Source: Tubiluchus corallicola (Eukaryota > Animalia > Priapulida). Taken from it: a stretch of DNA of 64,000 nt. Of this stretch, positions 1 through 14,415 are shown piece after piece; the first letter of the stretch is position 1, and each line of letters begins with the position of its first letter. The stretch lies in contig JAQGDQ010000042.1 in assembly GCA_030141605.1 (NCBI GenBank), positions 558,001-622,000 of the forward strand, read 5' to 3'. Below the pieces are notes generated by a model. It searched no databases and was not told the origin of the DNA. It saw only the letters and a list, made by a program, of their open reading frames with translations. The position numbers and the translations under genes are program-made.

Positions 1-225
1 CGTTTGTATTTTTGTGTATTTTATTGTCAAATCATTGTAAATTTATGGAGGAGAATAAAAATTACTATTACTATTACTATTACTAACCTGGGTTTGGGTA
101 TTATCACAAGCATGAATGGTGAGAGCCAATTGTAACCTCACAATAATGAACCAATAACAAAATTAGAAAAGATAGACAAAGTTTAATTTTGAAAATTTGA
201 TCATAACAGGAAAGTAAGTAAACAC

Positions 226-3200
226 CTTTCTTGAACTGCTTGTCAAACGAGCTGTCACACCGATGAGGGTCACTCATTTCCCAAACGTTAATCACCTAAC
301 AATAAATAAACACAATTATTATGCAACAAAGGCAGATTGCAACATTTAATTAGCAAGCAAATTGGTCAGCAAAACAGTTTTGTTCTTGTAGGCAAAATGA
401 TATTCACAACTTTCAATATAATTCAGAAAGCAAAAATATCGTCAATTAATTGGTATTATACAGATGACATGATATAGCCAATTAAAAGCTATCAATCAAA
501 AAATATTATACGCAAAATTCTATCACTCTTGTTACGTAATGTACGTTTTAGACCATGACATAGTTTATGGTATGTTTTACTTTTTCGAATTTTTTATTTA
601 TTTTAATTTTCTGTAACGTTTTATAATTAAATTTTTTTAAGTGAAACTTATCGTAGTTCAGTTGCACGTGTGACAGAACAACTCCATCTTTCTCACTGTT
701 TCCCATGCAAGTAATGCAAGTACACAAAAATATTAAAAGACCCATGTTTTATGTTAGGACTTCTACTAACTATAAAATTGAGCATTTCATACCTAATAAC
801 CATGGCATTTCAAGTATATACAAACTTCAATAACGTTTAAACAACAATGGACAATTATTTAAACCACAATATCCTTAACTTTTAATACTTATGACTTTAT
901 CACAGTCATGCAAGGATCTTTCTAAATGAAAATGTACTAGAATGCTATTGTTGGTTTGCCTTCAATAACTTTCTTTACCTACTCTGAAGTTACTGTTACT
1001 GCACAGTTTAGAGAAACTTGTTTTGTTTACTTTGTTTACATTTTCTTTAGCTTATAAGTTGTAAATAAAGTTAAGCCAGTCAGTAAGAAGGCTTAATATC
1101 AAGTTAAATGATTTTTAACAAAAAATTTAATGAAGGCTAAAATTCTGTTGCTATTATATATTATACTGCATGCAGAAAGAAAATTATACAGTAATTTGCA
1201 AGACTGTGCATCTTGCATTATCAAGCTCTAATGTCTAATTTTAGCAGTGCTTTAACGCTTATAAATAATGCTCACAAAGTACCTGAAAGTGCTTGTACTA
1301 CCCGTACTGTAAATTATTTGATTAAAATGCAAAGGCATTTGTTCAAAAACTCAAATTAGATAAATACAAATTTGTGCATACACACCGGTTTTGGGGGAGT
1401 ACGAGGAGATGCCTTTAATGCTTCAGCTCTACGGGCAGATTTCCTAAGAGGCGAGCTGCCCTAAAATAAATTAAAACTACAAATTCAGAAAGTGAAATTT
1501 TTGAAAGTAAATTTCACAGGAAAATCAGTCTTTGTTTTAGAAATACTTCCGTTTTCAGGTCTTATTTTCCTGCTAGTTCAATGGTTCTAAATTCGATAAA
1601 GAAAATTTTAGATAAATTAATGCATTTAGACAATTTTTCGATCCTTTTTTCTGGATGGGGACGTTTACCCTCTCAATAAATGTTGTCACCAAGACTCAAG
1701 TGGTCTGACCAGACGAATGTTGTTAACAGGAAGTGAACTTAATAGCTTCCGGTAGAATTTCCAACACTTCTGTTTTCCGCACTTGTGAAAAATTAGATTT
1801 TTCTCAATTTTCCACCAGTAAAGTATGAATTTGACAAATAGAATGGTTTCGAAAAAGTATGTTGTACAAGGTTATTCTGTACAATGTAAATTGTATGGAA
1901 TAAAAAAAGTAGCACTTACTGAGCAACAAAATGCTCTAAATGTACTCACTTCAACCGGCTCTTCTTTTACACCTAGAGCAGATTCAAGCTCTTTTGCATT
2001 GCGGACCATTTCTGCAACAGGACCAGCATCATCATCATCGTCATCCATTGGCACACATCCTTCATCTACCCCGCTATCATTTACTGCAATAAAGATCATC
2101 TAAACATTCACTAACCTGCCATTGGCCACTCGTTGCAAAAGCACATGGCCGGTAGAACCTCTAAAAACCTAGGATAGTTCATGCAGTAAGTACACTGACT
2201 GGATGGTCTAATGAACAAATACAAAACAATAAAGACAAACCAAAGAGCTGATAAAGAGTGACAAGGTCCAAACCATCCACAATTTGGTTTATACTGACCT
2301 AATGATTTCACACAAATTTAAGTTGTAAATAGCATAAACCAAATTTATCTCATGTATTACGAATCTATCATAGTTGCAAGCAGAAGATAACTCTCACCCA
2401 TCAACAAACAAAGCCAACAAAATAGATACACATTAGAGATACACCATGTTTACATCATGAATATGAGCTGTTAAACGTTTAAGCCAATAACAGCAGATCA
2501 ATAAGTTCAGCTAGCACAATGCAATTAGCCATTTATAACATCAAATATGCACACACGCTGGACCTTAACTATGAGTGTTTAATACTGAAATTGCACATAA
2601 ACAGTATGAGCAAACAAGAAATTACAAAAATTCTCGTAAGGGAAGATTTTCATTACCAATTTAGGATAAATTGGTAATATTTTGAGTATGGTGCATTAAC
2701 GATCGGCGATTAATAGATTAATCATATTGATGGAGATTACAATGTAAAAATCGATATAATCAGCAATTGAACAGTAATTCGATTAATCAAGAGCAAGATA
2801 TACCATTACACACTGACTAAAAGACAGTGTTTTAGCAAAAATAAATGGAATCCTTGTGTTTTTCTTCGTTTTTGTCACTTTACACAAGGCTCACAATTGC
2901 AACTACAGCGTCGCTTCAAACTGGTGACTTCAAATGCGTTTTCAAGTGACATAGTGATAGAGTAGTTAATGAATGTGCGTGTCTATAAAAATATTTGCGA
3001 GTACGAAAATGGCAGACAGCAACAAAACCCGTGAAGAAGGCTATATTTCAATGCAGCACTGTTCGAAAAATATTGCTAAAACACTAAAAAAGCCGCAAAA
3101 GATTAATTGTGATATCAAATTACAAAAACAAGATTATAATCGAATTACAAAATTTGAAAATCGCACCCCACTATGGTACATTGTCACTTTGAACAATGAA

Positions 3201-6200
3201 CCCTGGCAAAAAATCTACATGTTCTAAAAAGTGCAAGATAAACTACTGGAGACGGCGACACTATATTATTTATATGTATTAATGAACTTACAATTATTAA
3301 ATTTTTGTAAACAAATTTGGCTGAAAGAAAGATAATTAATGTGAAAAAATTAGTAATGAGTTTGGACTTGAAACAACAACCTTAACATCACAAGTTTAAT
3401 TACATAAGCACCAAACAACACAGAACTTTGAGAATATCGTATGGTTAGTTGTTTAATCCTAACAGCTGTCTAAGCTGTTCAGCATTTCCAAGTGTTAGCT
3501 TGCTTCAAAATTTACACTTACTTCAATTACTCGATAACTGAATTATTTCAGCACTTGTGTAACATCCTAAAAACTCTTAAATTAACATAAAACAATTTAC
3601 AAAATTGCCAAGTCAAAAACAGCAAAAGATCACGACAAAAACAAGAAACTCACAGTTATCAGGAAGATTCGGAAGCTGCACATTTTCAGTTGTACCTGCA
3701 ATAATGAAATTTGTCCAAGTTTGCTGTGGTCTAGGTGCATTAAAACTGTGTTCCACAATCCTATGCTTTTCAATACATTTTTAATAAAACAAGTGGAGAA
3801 GTAAAACCTTGGGAAAACGAAGCAAAATTCAGGCATTTCCTACATCTTAAATATTTAAAACTTTTCACGAGTTTGAGAATTTTGAAACAAGATAAATAAA
3901 CTTGCAAATTTCTCCATTTAATGGATACACTGCATTTACCGCTACTCTTAGACACAAATCTTTTTATATTAAAATTGGCAAGGTTTTTATAAACTGAAAT
4001 ATCATCATTTAAACGAAACATTTACCATTTTTACCTTTTGTTATGTACACCTCAGATGTATATCATTATAATGCACATGCTAAATTAAAGAAATGCTTTT
4101 CTTTCAGAATGCCAAGCTATGGTACTTTTTTTAAGTTATAAATTTTACTGTCAGGTTCTTTAAATACGTTACAGAGAAAACAGAAAACACAGCTACTAGA
4201 CAGTTGAGATACTTGAATAATTAGTCACAGAAGAAAAGAAATTTAGCAGTTATGCCAAATTCAAATCTATTGCTAGACTAGCCTAGACTTCACTGCAAGT
4301 CAGTTAATTTGCGAGCCAACAGTACCTGGAATAAGCTTATACATGTACATCGAGCACTCTCGTGTATCTGAGCAATCTCCCCGAACCGAACAATTTTTCA
4401 GTTCACGAATTCTGTTAGAAATTGAACAACAATCTAAAAAAATCAACCCTTACAATAAATTACACAAACCTATGTCTATAAGTGGTGGTTCCTTTGCTTT
4501 ATTTTCTCCATTTACAAGTGACAAATGTGACAAATCTAGAAGGAGAACTCCTGACGAATGTACATTGCTCACACTGAGGCGAAAATCGTCTTTATTTCCA
4601 AGCACTTCTCCCCTGGCACTGTTAAGACAGAAATGAAGCCAATAAGCAAAATAGGTTATGACAAGCATTACTTGCCAACAGCAAAACTGTCTGTCACACG
4701 CTGTCTGATGCAAACACAGCCTTTGTGTGAACCTTAGTAAACATTTGGTAGATGACACGTGACAAAGCAAATGCTTATTACTTGTCTGATCAGATTTTGT
4801 TTGACACAAATAGTTTAACAGAGTGGCTCCGAGCTTGCACAGTAACACACAGGAGCAGAAGCGGCCCTAGGGTTGCTGGCACCCTGGGCAAGCTGAACTT
4901 CGGTGCAGTATAATTCTAAAAAATTTTCGCAAGGAGAAAAATATAACTAGAGTAAACAGTTGACACACAACACCGTGACACTTAGGCTTACTGTACTGTT
5001 TTTTTATGATGCCCAAGAAGAAATTTAACATTTTGAATTTTTATTTAACTTCATTTATTATTTTCATATTTTTTTCTTTATCCTTAATGGCGCCCTGGGC
5101 GAATGCCCGAGTTGCAGGTAGCTTGAGCCATCCCATGCCCATGCAGGAGTAAGACGAGTTTGTCTGTTACAAAAATTTAATAAAAATCTGTGTTTAACAA
5201 AGATGGTAAAACATCGAGTACCCTGACAAGCAAAGAATATGTATAAGACAATTTGCTGCAGACAGATTTTGCATCCTGTGCACTGGGTAAAATTACACTG
5301 CGTTGGGTTTATGATCAAATAATGAGTATATTCTGCATATGGTATATAACTGCTCAATATAATAAATTCATCAACAGATTTTTTTTACATTTATAATGAT
5401 ATTTGAACATTTTCCATGTTCAATTGAATGTTGGCAAATAAGTTAAGAAGCAATATTAGAAATATCTGTGGCAAACAAAACTGAAAATAAAAACTGGAAA
5501 AAGTGCTGAAGTTAAGTTAAATGTAGTTATACCTCAACAGAGGCGTCTTGCCCTTCTCCGTTTCAGCAAGAGGCACTAGTGCTATGGGTGTTCGTGGAAT
5601 TATACGGACCAGCTGAAAAAAAAAGGTATTTAATTACTCTAATACAATATCCTGTTACTAATAGAACATTTCTGCTGAATTCACTGCTAAGCAAATGCTG
5701 TCTGCTTAATATACAGGTTTTTTAGACCAACAAACCTAAAAAAACTTACTTGGATGCCAAGATCTTCCTTTATATTTACATTTGTGCTTTCTGGGACATC
5801 ATCCAAAGAAAGAAACTATAAGTTAAAACAAAAAAAATTGTCAGTAAGTACCTAGTTTTAAAACTACATTTGATTAAACTGCTTGAAATACCAAACTATC
5901 AAGAACAAAAATAAAACAATATAAATAGTAGCAAAGTAAAACAACAATTATCTATTCAATAATTACAATATATCCAAAAACAGGTTTAATTACCCAGACT
6001 ACACATCAGATTATTTTAGATCATAAGATGTAGGCATCTTAAAGTGATTCTAAAAAATTAATAATGTTCAAAGAGCTTTCAAGCATTTCTATGTTTTAGA
6101 AAATGTATAGCAGTAAATGAAATTTAAATTTAAAGTTGCATAGGACCTAGCCGAAATTAAACAGCAAGATGCAATACCAGATTAAAATTTTCACTGTACT

Positions 6201-9200
6201 AAGGCCGATATAGTTGTCACAAAATCCTGAAAACAAAATATTATATTGCATATAACTCATTCAGGAATGCATCATTCAAAATAGGTCTTATAAGACGTAA
6301 GACTTTTCTGCTACTGTATGAGCACAGACACAATTAAATGATTACAAATTAGGTATCAATCTATTCAGGAGAATATCGGCTACCCAGACACGCTATTAGT
6401 TTAAACATTTACAAGTGATTTAATTGGACAAAATTAAGAAAAACATGCTCTCTTCAGGCACTCCAACTTAGCCTATTGAGCAGCTTAATCTGGTGTACAT
6501 TAGGGTGATCGTACACACTATTGATCGCCTGCTTGTTACAGCATTGCAGTGTTGCTGTGCAGTGTTCTGTTGCTCTTCCAGGAAAAACCAACTGATCGGC
6601 CAAGGACAAATTAAGGTCGTTGCATCTTTTAAAAGGAATTTCACCTTAAAAACAGAGTAGACTTGAGGCCAAGGTGTATCAAATTGTTGTGTCTGGATAG
6701 TTGCAATTTTCTGCGTTAGCCGATTTCACAGTTAGTGAAAGCTTTACTCAAATTATTAGTCAAAAATCGATTTTTTTATTTGTCTAAGGTAAGTAAACGC
6801 ATTTCGTATAATTTTGTGTGAGGATTAGAAACCTACAAAAATTAACAAATTAAAAAACTGCTTAGTGATAGCAGTTTTTCATGAACCCGTGCAAAATGCA
6901 GCAAACGCTTACGGTCCTGGAGGCGTTAAATACAACAATGAATTCAATGGCCAAGAAATGCCAGCTGTACATCAAATGCTAAAACAGAACAATTAAAAAT
7001 AAACCATTTTTTTCTAATTGATCCATTTTTCAAATTTAAACAATTTAAAGTGGTTAACACTATAAAACCATATACCTCTTCGTGCTTGTCTTTTCTGCGA
7101 CAGATAGACGAATCTTGCTCTCCGGCATCACACGATGACAGCCTTCTCTTTTTCCGCCTTGCTAACATGTCAAGCATGTCACAGACCATTCGATATAGGT
7201 ACTCCACCTAAACAAAATGAAAATAAACTAAAACTGACTTAATCTGCTATATTAAAAGTAAACACACTAGATCTAAAAATGAAAAGTTCCTGGGGCACAC
7301 TAAGTAATTGCTATTACAGAAATGTTTATAAAAGATAACCTGCTAGATTCAGAGAAATGACTGGAGGATCTTAGATAAATTCTATATACAGTAAATATGA
7401 CATTACAATCACCTATAAAATTCCTAACTTGCATTTCTTAATATTGTAACTAAATTGAAAATTAATTTTTAAAATTGTCAACATTAAACTACTATGTAAG
7501 TAGTGTAAAGCTTGTTGTCTGTTCAATTTGCTTGAGAACCCTCGTGCTGTAATATTTTACATTTGTAATTATCTTGTTAAACGTCAAGTAAAACAATATG
7601 TGATGCAGCCTTTTGTCAGGAAACTTTTACATACCCACACTAAATACAATATAACTTTTATTTTACTAATTCCAACAACAAAATGTGCACTACTTCCCAC
7701 AGATGGCAATTCTGTGGAATTTTGTAAAATCTGTTCTATCTCGTACATTATGTGCATTGCAGAATATTCATTTTGTTTCATTTTTTAAAATTGTCAGAAA
7801 ATAGCCATTGGCAAATGTTGTTTTTTGTAAAATTTTGACAATAAATTAAGTTTTTACTATTTCTAATAATTGTAAATCTTTATTTTACAAAATGACTATA
7901 AAAGATGTTTTGCACATAATTTCATTTAAATTAGTTATAAATGGCTCTACAGTTTAAATCATTAAAAACAGAGTTCAAAGTTTAAGATTCAGTTATTAAG
8001 TTTTATAAAGTGTTAAAATCCCATATTATGAGTTCTAAAATGTTGTACAACAAATGATGTACATGTACAATAGGCAAAATTACGCATATTGCTGTAAAAT
8101 GTCTTAAGCAGATAGGTTAAGAACGTTTACACCTACAAAACCTAACCTATTACTTGACCTTAAGCTAGGGTTAGCTGAGTTAGAGCTAGGAAATATAAAA
8201 CATTTCAACTAATGATTAGCTAATCTAAGAGATTTTTGCTGCACCTATTGAAATTACCTTTTTGCTGTACACGCAAGCGGAGCCTTGTATAACCAGTGCA
8301 GCTTCAACAAAATTGACATTAGTAATTCCTCCATCAAAAGTAATTGTTACTTTTTCCAGCTGAAAACAAGTGTTATTAACTTAAATAATAACTCAAAGAC
8401 CAGAAAGCCTTCTTAACTGAGCTGCATTTATAATGTGAGGACAAAATATAAGATTCCTTCATAAATTCATTTATTCTAATATACTCTAAGCTGGATCATC
8501 CAATAGGCTAGTATAGGCCACAGCCTAGGGCCCCTCAAGCTTTGGTAACATTTGCTAAAAAATCCGTGTTGAAATATGTGCTAATTTGGTTCACCAACAG
8601 TAACATAGTGGTATTTCTTAAAGAATATTTTTTGACAATCAAAAGCTAGCTATTACAGTTTGTTTAAAGAATTTGTAATAAAATATATCACAAGTAAAAA
8701 ATATTCAAGATGGATACGGGCGAGTTAGAGGGTGGCTCTGAGGTGGCCTCATAATTTTATTAGCCTAGAGGCCCTAAATATACTGCTCTGTTTCCAAAGG
8801 AAATGGGAATGCCAAGCTTAAGAAAATGCTTCACTGAGTAACTCATATGTGTGCACCATGGCATAAGTAACACAATAGTCAAGAATAACTACTTGGGATT
8901 TCCTAAACTCCATTATACCACGACTGTCTCATTACAAACAGTCGTGACTCGATAACTTTCATCACGTGATTCACAAATATTGCATACATTTCTTTTAAAA
9001 CTTGTATATATACTTCACGAGTTTTTAATAAAAAAAATACAATTAATAATTAACAAACCTGAGACAAAACTTACGTAATGGCAACTAACAGTACAACTTT
9101 TTCTTTCATTTTAAATATGCCAAATGTTAGTTAAACCGTACTGCTCTTACCTCGCAGAGATACTGTTCTAAATCGTGAGCGATGTCAATATTCCAATTTT

Positions 9201-9276
9201 TAGCCAAATCTTTAATAGGTTGCAAGAGGTAAGCAAATCTTGCCTCTAGAGACTGCGGTGACGTAGGAACAGTCAT
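226..9276 (-). CDS. NCAPH2: Condensin-2 complex subunit H2 (kleisin beta), 5' part; continues beyond left edge
   Basis: Phase-compatible GT-AG exons: 9151-9276 ([42 protein letters not shown]), 8258-8359 ([34 protein letters not shown]), 7076-7207 (VEYLYRMV...), 5750-5815 (FLSLDDVP...), 5533-5612 ([11 protein letters not shown]...), 4470-4618 ([12 protein letters not shown]...), 1950-2083, 1386-1460, 226-295 (VWEMSDPH...FKKG). The RFxxLLQPIxDLxxNW and [24 protein letters not shown] motifs are the recognised NCAPH2 N-terminal domain. The middle acidic exons are less certain. Confidence 0.93.
2685..3173. mobile_element. Degenerate MITE with repeated (a)atcgattaatc motifs in NCAPH2 intron
   Basis: Repeated gattaatc/aatcga motifs near both ends and a 3' end aatcgcaccccacta; boundaries approximate, no clean TSD seen. 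Confidence 0.35.
4856..5140. mobile_element. hAT-type MITE remnant (ggcgccctgggc family)
   Basis: GC-rich ends sharing ggc(a/g)ccctgggc (~4878 and ~5089) around an AT-rich core inside an intron. Confidence 0.4.
8488..8780 (+). mobile_element. hAT-type MITE, same family as 27440-27862
   Basis: Shares gctggat..ggctagtatagg..cagcctagggccc.tcaagc, aaaatatatcacaagtaaaaaatatt and ataattt.attagccta with the 27440 copy. Confidence 0.7.
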
Positions 9277-10195
9277 TGTTAAGTTGTAATAGTCTAACAA
9301 ATAAAATATATATATATGTTATACATATGATGCTGGAGCTTCAAACAGAAATCTAGATGAACATTACTAAGAGCATACTACATAAGTAAGATGTAGTACA
9401 ACACTCATATATTTCTATATACTTACAAGATTTAGTTTGCTTTGGGAACAGCAGAAGAAGCCCTTATGTGGAAAGCTTGTCGATGAGGAAGTTGTTGCTC
9501 CATCTACAACACATGTAATATATAATGATTCTTCGCAAAAAGAATCTGCTTCATACCAGTCAGTATGAAATGCCCGAATTAACTACTAGTCAAAAGCACA
9601 AAAGTCCTGTAAAGATAATCAGCAGTTAACAAGAAACAATTTTGTAAAATAATGTGAATTTCATGCGTTAGCTATAGAACATTTCTGCAAGTCTCATCTA
9701 TAGTACTATGTACGGCAAAACATTTTTACCATTCCCGAAATTGAAATCTACTCACTACTCACTACTACCCACAACAAAATTCGATATTATTGCCAACTTT
9801 GTGAATAACCCATTTGAAGTCGAGTCTTACTATTATTAATTTGTATGCTTGTGGCATATTTGTTTAATGAATGAGAAAGGCTTGACAAACAGAATACATG
9901 ATAAAAGCCTCATTTTGTTTTAATGAGACATGTAAAAATTTATTACTTTTTAAATAAATAAAAGTCACGAAATAAAGAAACGAAAAACCATAAAGTGTAA
10001 GTCCATCACTGTGGATTGTCTTAACATAAAAAATAGAAATGCACAAAAAATTACTAGAAACTACCTTATTAAATTTTACAATAACATGCAACACTGAAAA
10101 AGTGGAGATAGAATATGCAGAGAAAAGAATACTAGAGAGGAGCAATAGAAGCACAAAAACTGCTGCACAATCATTGATTAAACTAGCATACACAG

Positions 10196-10330
10196 TAGGC
10201 CTGTAACATTTATTATCACCAATTTTAACTAGAATTTTTATAAAGCTTGCAAACATTAACTCGGGTGTAATGTGGTTATCTATCACATCGTGAGGTGGTC
10301 AATATCATGATTATATGTACCACAGCCCTA
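10196..10330. mobile_element. Short degenerate hAT-like MITE
   Basis: Ends taggcctgt / acagcccta; 8-bp flanks atacacag vs gtatatag differ by three transitions. Confidence 0.3.
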
Positions 10331-11624
10331 GTATATAGACAAAATAAACAACAAAAGCAAAGTACAAGATAAACTTAAAAAATAAAGAAACAACAATTTG
10401 AAAAGCTATTATTGTTTGCCACAGGCTTTTGGAAAATTAAGTTGAATTTAAACTACGTGTTTGTGGCATAGTAAGCAGAAACAGTTGAATGAAAGAACTG
10501 CGTAAAATGCGTTGTCAGTAGACAAGATTTACAATAAGTGGTTACAAGATTATTAACAGATACAGTTTGAAAAAACTTTCTGGACACCTCTCTTGGATCT
10601 TAATGACCGACACGGAAATCAGCAGATAATTTATTTACTCTTGTTAGTGCTACATAGGTCTAATTTCATAACAGGTTGCATTTTGGAAATCAGAAACTAT
10701 TAAAAAATGACAATAGTAAAGGGCAAACTCTATTTTACCAAACGATTCAGTTATGTACATTTCATTTGCCAACTTACATAATACTTCAGTTTTGGCTTAC
10801 TTTGGCTATCATGGAAATTTATTTTGGCTAATCTGTTGAATTTAATTGAACTTAATAACTCTAAATAGTGAATGTGAAGACTGGCCTGACTATTCCTAAA
10901 ATGCTTTTTCAGATCAGGAAGGGCAACTCTGGAAAATCTCTGTAATGGTATGCAGTTCTACCACGTATGTTGTATAACATACATGTATAGCAGCTTATAC
11001 TGGGCTTTTGCTCTTAAAGTCCTCCCAAGTAAGCATGAAGAATCATTAAACAATTGATGGTATGGGCAGTCGTTCCGAGTCAGATACCATGCTAACACAA
11101 TATGACAACAGTAACAACAAAATATCCACCTTAATGCCTCATTTTCTCTAAAACCAGTGAGAAGGCGAGGTAATAATGCCACTGCAAGCAATAATGAATT
11201 TAATTCAAGTGTAGGTCGCCATTTACCTGGACTAACCAATGGATATATTGCGCAAGGTATATGGGCTGCCCGAATACTGCACCAGAATTTGCCATAAACT
11301 AAGCCGAGTTCATGTTTCTCGCCAAAATTCATCCACTTACATAAATATACCTTCATATTAATTAATGCACAAACAAATTATTAAAATCTTATTACAATTA
11401 GTAAAATGGTGAAAATCCCACAATAATTAAAGGTTCATACCAAACTTGCAGTGTTACAGGGAATGTGAGAAAACTTAAAGTTACCCCTAAAGTTAAAGAG
11501 TGAGCGAATGCTACACTTGGACTGCCCAATAAGCACACTGGTTCTCCGCTCTTTTATCACATTCTTACTAGCTCAACTGCAGTATATGTGCTAGTGCATT
11601 AAACAGTGCCATACGTAAGTATTG

Positions 11625-12130
11625 CTTACGTCCTATGTTCATTAGAATTTACAACAATGAGGGTCTCCCTATTTTGGTGGACTTCATGAAGCTAATTTTA
11701 GACGCGGTGGTTATAATTTTACATGTCGATGGACTTGTTGGATGTAAGTTGAACGCCCGCTTACTAAACTGACGGACCTAAATGATCTTGGACTTGACTT
11801 TGAGTATCCATTCACTAAACAGAAGACTATTTTGATAGACATGATTTACATCCATTTCAATGTGCATTTGAACGCAATGGACATAATTTCGAGCGTCCAT
11901 TCACAAAATAATTTTAAATAAATTGATGGACCTACATAATTGTTGATGTTGAGGGCTTAATGTTTAGCACCAACTGGACGTTAGTTTAAACATGATGTAC
12001 TCTATATCAGATGCAAATAAATTTGACTAGTTTTAGCCACATGCTTTTTATTTTAACTACGTCCATCACGCCAACTAAATTGGTGAATTTACATCCATTA
12101 CGTCCATATTACGTTCACCACGTCCACTGA
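11625..12130. repeat. Repeat relic with many tggac / gtcca motifs in NCAPH2 intron 1
   Basis: About ten (a)tggac(t/g) and acgtcca motifs in both orientations within 500 bp, typical of MITE subterminal repeats; ends not defined. Confidence 0.35.
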
Positions 12131-12378
12131 TTCAGGATTTACTCAACAACATTCGGTTACAGCTATTGACTATAACTTTATTAGTCTTTAATGTTGGGTT
12201 GTTTATTTCGGAGTTCAATGACAACGAGGCTGAGTTACAGAATAGAAAACCTTATTAATTGTTGGTCTTTTACACTTTTGCAGCTTAACTTCCGCAGTAG
12301 AACATTGAAGTTCTCTACTCAAAACTAAAGTCAACTGTTACAATAACGAAGATACTTACATATTCATTAGCTACTTAC

Positions 12379-12520
12379 AAATGAAATTACATTGTTAGTA
12401 TCTAGTACAGCTACTACAAACTTGCAGCGTGAACACTAACTGAAAAATATTGAAAGCTAAAAAGACAACATATAGAATCACTTGAAATAAACGCAGCCAT
12501 AATAAAACCGCGCGCGGGTC
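12379..12520 (-). promoter_or_regulatory. Probable NCAPH2 TSS region / non-coding first exon
   Basis: Local CpG cluster (ccgcgcgcggg at ~12508-12518), ATGGCTGCG just downstream, and strong GTAAGT donors at 12373-12378 and 12354-12359; the first coding exon has its own acceptor at 9294-9295, so an upstream UTR exon is needed. Confidence 0.45.
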
Positions 12521-14415
12521 TTTCAGAAATCTGAAAACGAAAATTACAGAACAAAACGCATTGAGTACGTTTTATTCAGTGCAAATTTCTTGATTGCACA
12601 CCAGATGAAAGATCTTGAAAATCTATGGAAAGTGTTCCAAAATTTCATGCAGTAGCATGGTAAAGTCAACAGTTGTAATTTATAATTATTAAAGTAATCG
12701 TGATTTTGTAATTCGCTGTTTGCTATTTGCCAAAATCTCTAATATACAAAGTTTAGTACCAGGCACACATGGTCAAATTAGGCCATCGAAAATCAGTTTA
12801 CAGAAGCTCCATGATTTTGTAATCATGTAAAAAATATTTCAATAAGCTAACCCAATGCTGACGTTTTCACAATATGAAAGTTAATATTGTATAATAATTA
12901 AGTTAATGATAACATAGTGTGCTACAGATTATATATTTGCCCAAATGGTTTCTTTTGCAACCATTTTTCCATGGTACAAGTGTATTGAAAAGCAGTTAAT
13001 TAATTTTATCAGAGAATTGACTGTCATTTTCTGCATCTGTACGTAAAGTGACAGCGTACAAAAATATTTAATGTAAGTAAAAGTAATCCATTTTTAGTTT
13101 TGTAGAACTGTTCCTTAAAATTTATCCGGTACTTTCATTGTTTACTCCAGTTTGTAATCATGATTGTGTGGTTTCTATTTAAGTAATATCAGTGCAATTC
13201 CAGTCAATTTGACCATATTGATACCTTCTAAACAAAATTAATATCATTTTCATTAAAGCATGCAATAAAATTGCTAACCATAATTGTGAGCTTGTTGGCA
13301 GCACACATTTTTGATGCCAATATGACAAGTAAACTGCATTTATCTTGAAAGTGCAATTACTTTTTGTCGTAGTTACTAATCTATTTCAGTGGTCAATGCC
13401 TGTAAACAATGTAACAAGTAGCAAAGTCCCATAAACTCCCATTTTATAGAATATAAACAGGAAGAAATGCAATTGTGCATATAGACAGCATGGTTAGGAC
13501 AAATTGATGTGTATGATATTGAAAAGTAATGCACAAAAAAGTTAGTATAGTTCAACTGTGCTTTGTTGGCAAAATTTGACCGGTTTGTTTATTATTTTGA
13601 TGTGTATTAAATTACAGAATGAAACCTTCAGCAGAGGGAGTATCAAATCCATGTACGAGCTATTTACACTCGTAAGAATGCGCACATAACCACTTGTTTA
13701 GGAATGCCTCACAAACAATTAATGAAATCTAGGACAACATTTGTGAAACGTTTCAAGAGGTGGTTATTCTGTGCAACAAACTACACATATAATAAATAAC
13801 AAAAATATTTGAGGAATATAATTTTTACATCTTGAAATTTTTCAACAGGTAAGAGGTTTGACTGGTTATTGCTGATTGTACAAGAAATAAGTCAAATAAC
13901 AATAATCTCATTTTATTCAATAGTACTTACAGTGTTTCTATTATGGTTTACTAGTTTTCCTAGTTCACACTTTTAACTCTACAAGAAGCAACTTTAAAAA
14001 AACCTTGTAAAAACTCAAGCACATGTAATTAAACTATTCAGATTTATTAAAAGCCACTTAAACATTTAGCAGCACTATATCAAAACAATTTATCACAATG
14101 GTAACTGGTAATCATCAGTATCAAGCCATAAGCAAAACGACTGTTTATGAGACTCTGGAACTAACTTCAGCCTTTTTACCAAAATGCTTTTTCATATGCT
14201 GTGAACTAAATGTAAAAATAGTGTACGTAACAATCAAACAAAAAAGAACTAGAAAGGCAAATAAGATTGAATACAGATATTTAACACCATAAACAGTCAC
14301 AGGCTTAATACAGTTCCCTACGTGATGTAACTCATATTGTCCAGTCTAATTCATTGATTTCCAATCTAGTCTTTCTTCGGTCTGTTCATTGAAAATTCGG
14401 CTAAGCATATAAACA

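Noticed and set aside
3829-4008. Intronic C/D snoRNA candidate (ATGATGA ... CTGA, minus strand)
   Set aside because: Boxes ~180 nt apart with no terminal stem or recognisable guide.
10958-11356. 132-aa minus-strand ORF in NCAPH2 intron 1
   Set aside because: No recognisable domain and no clear splice linkage; cannot be supported as a gene.
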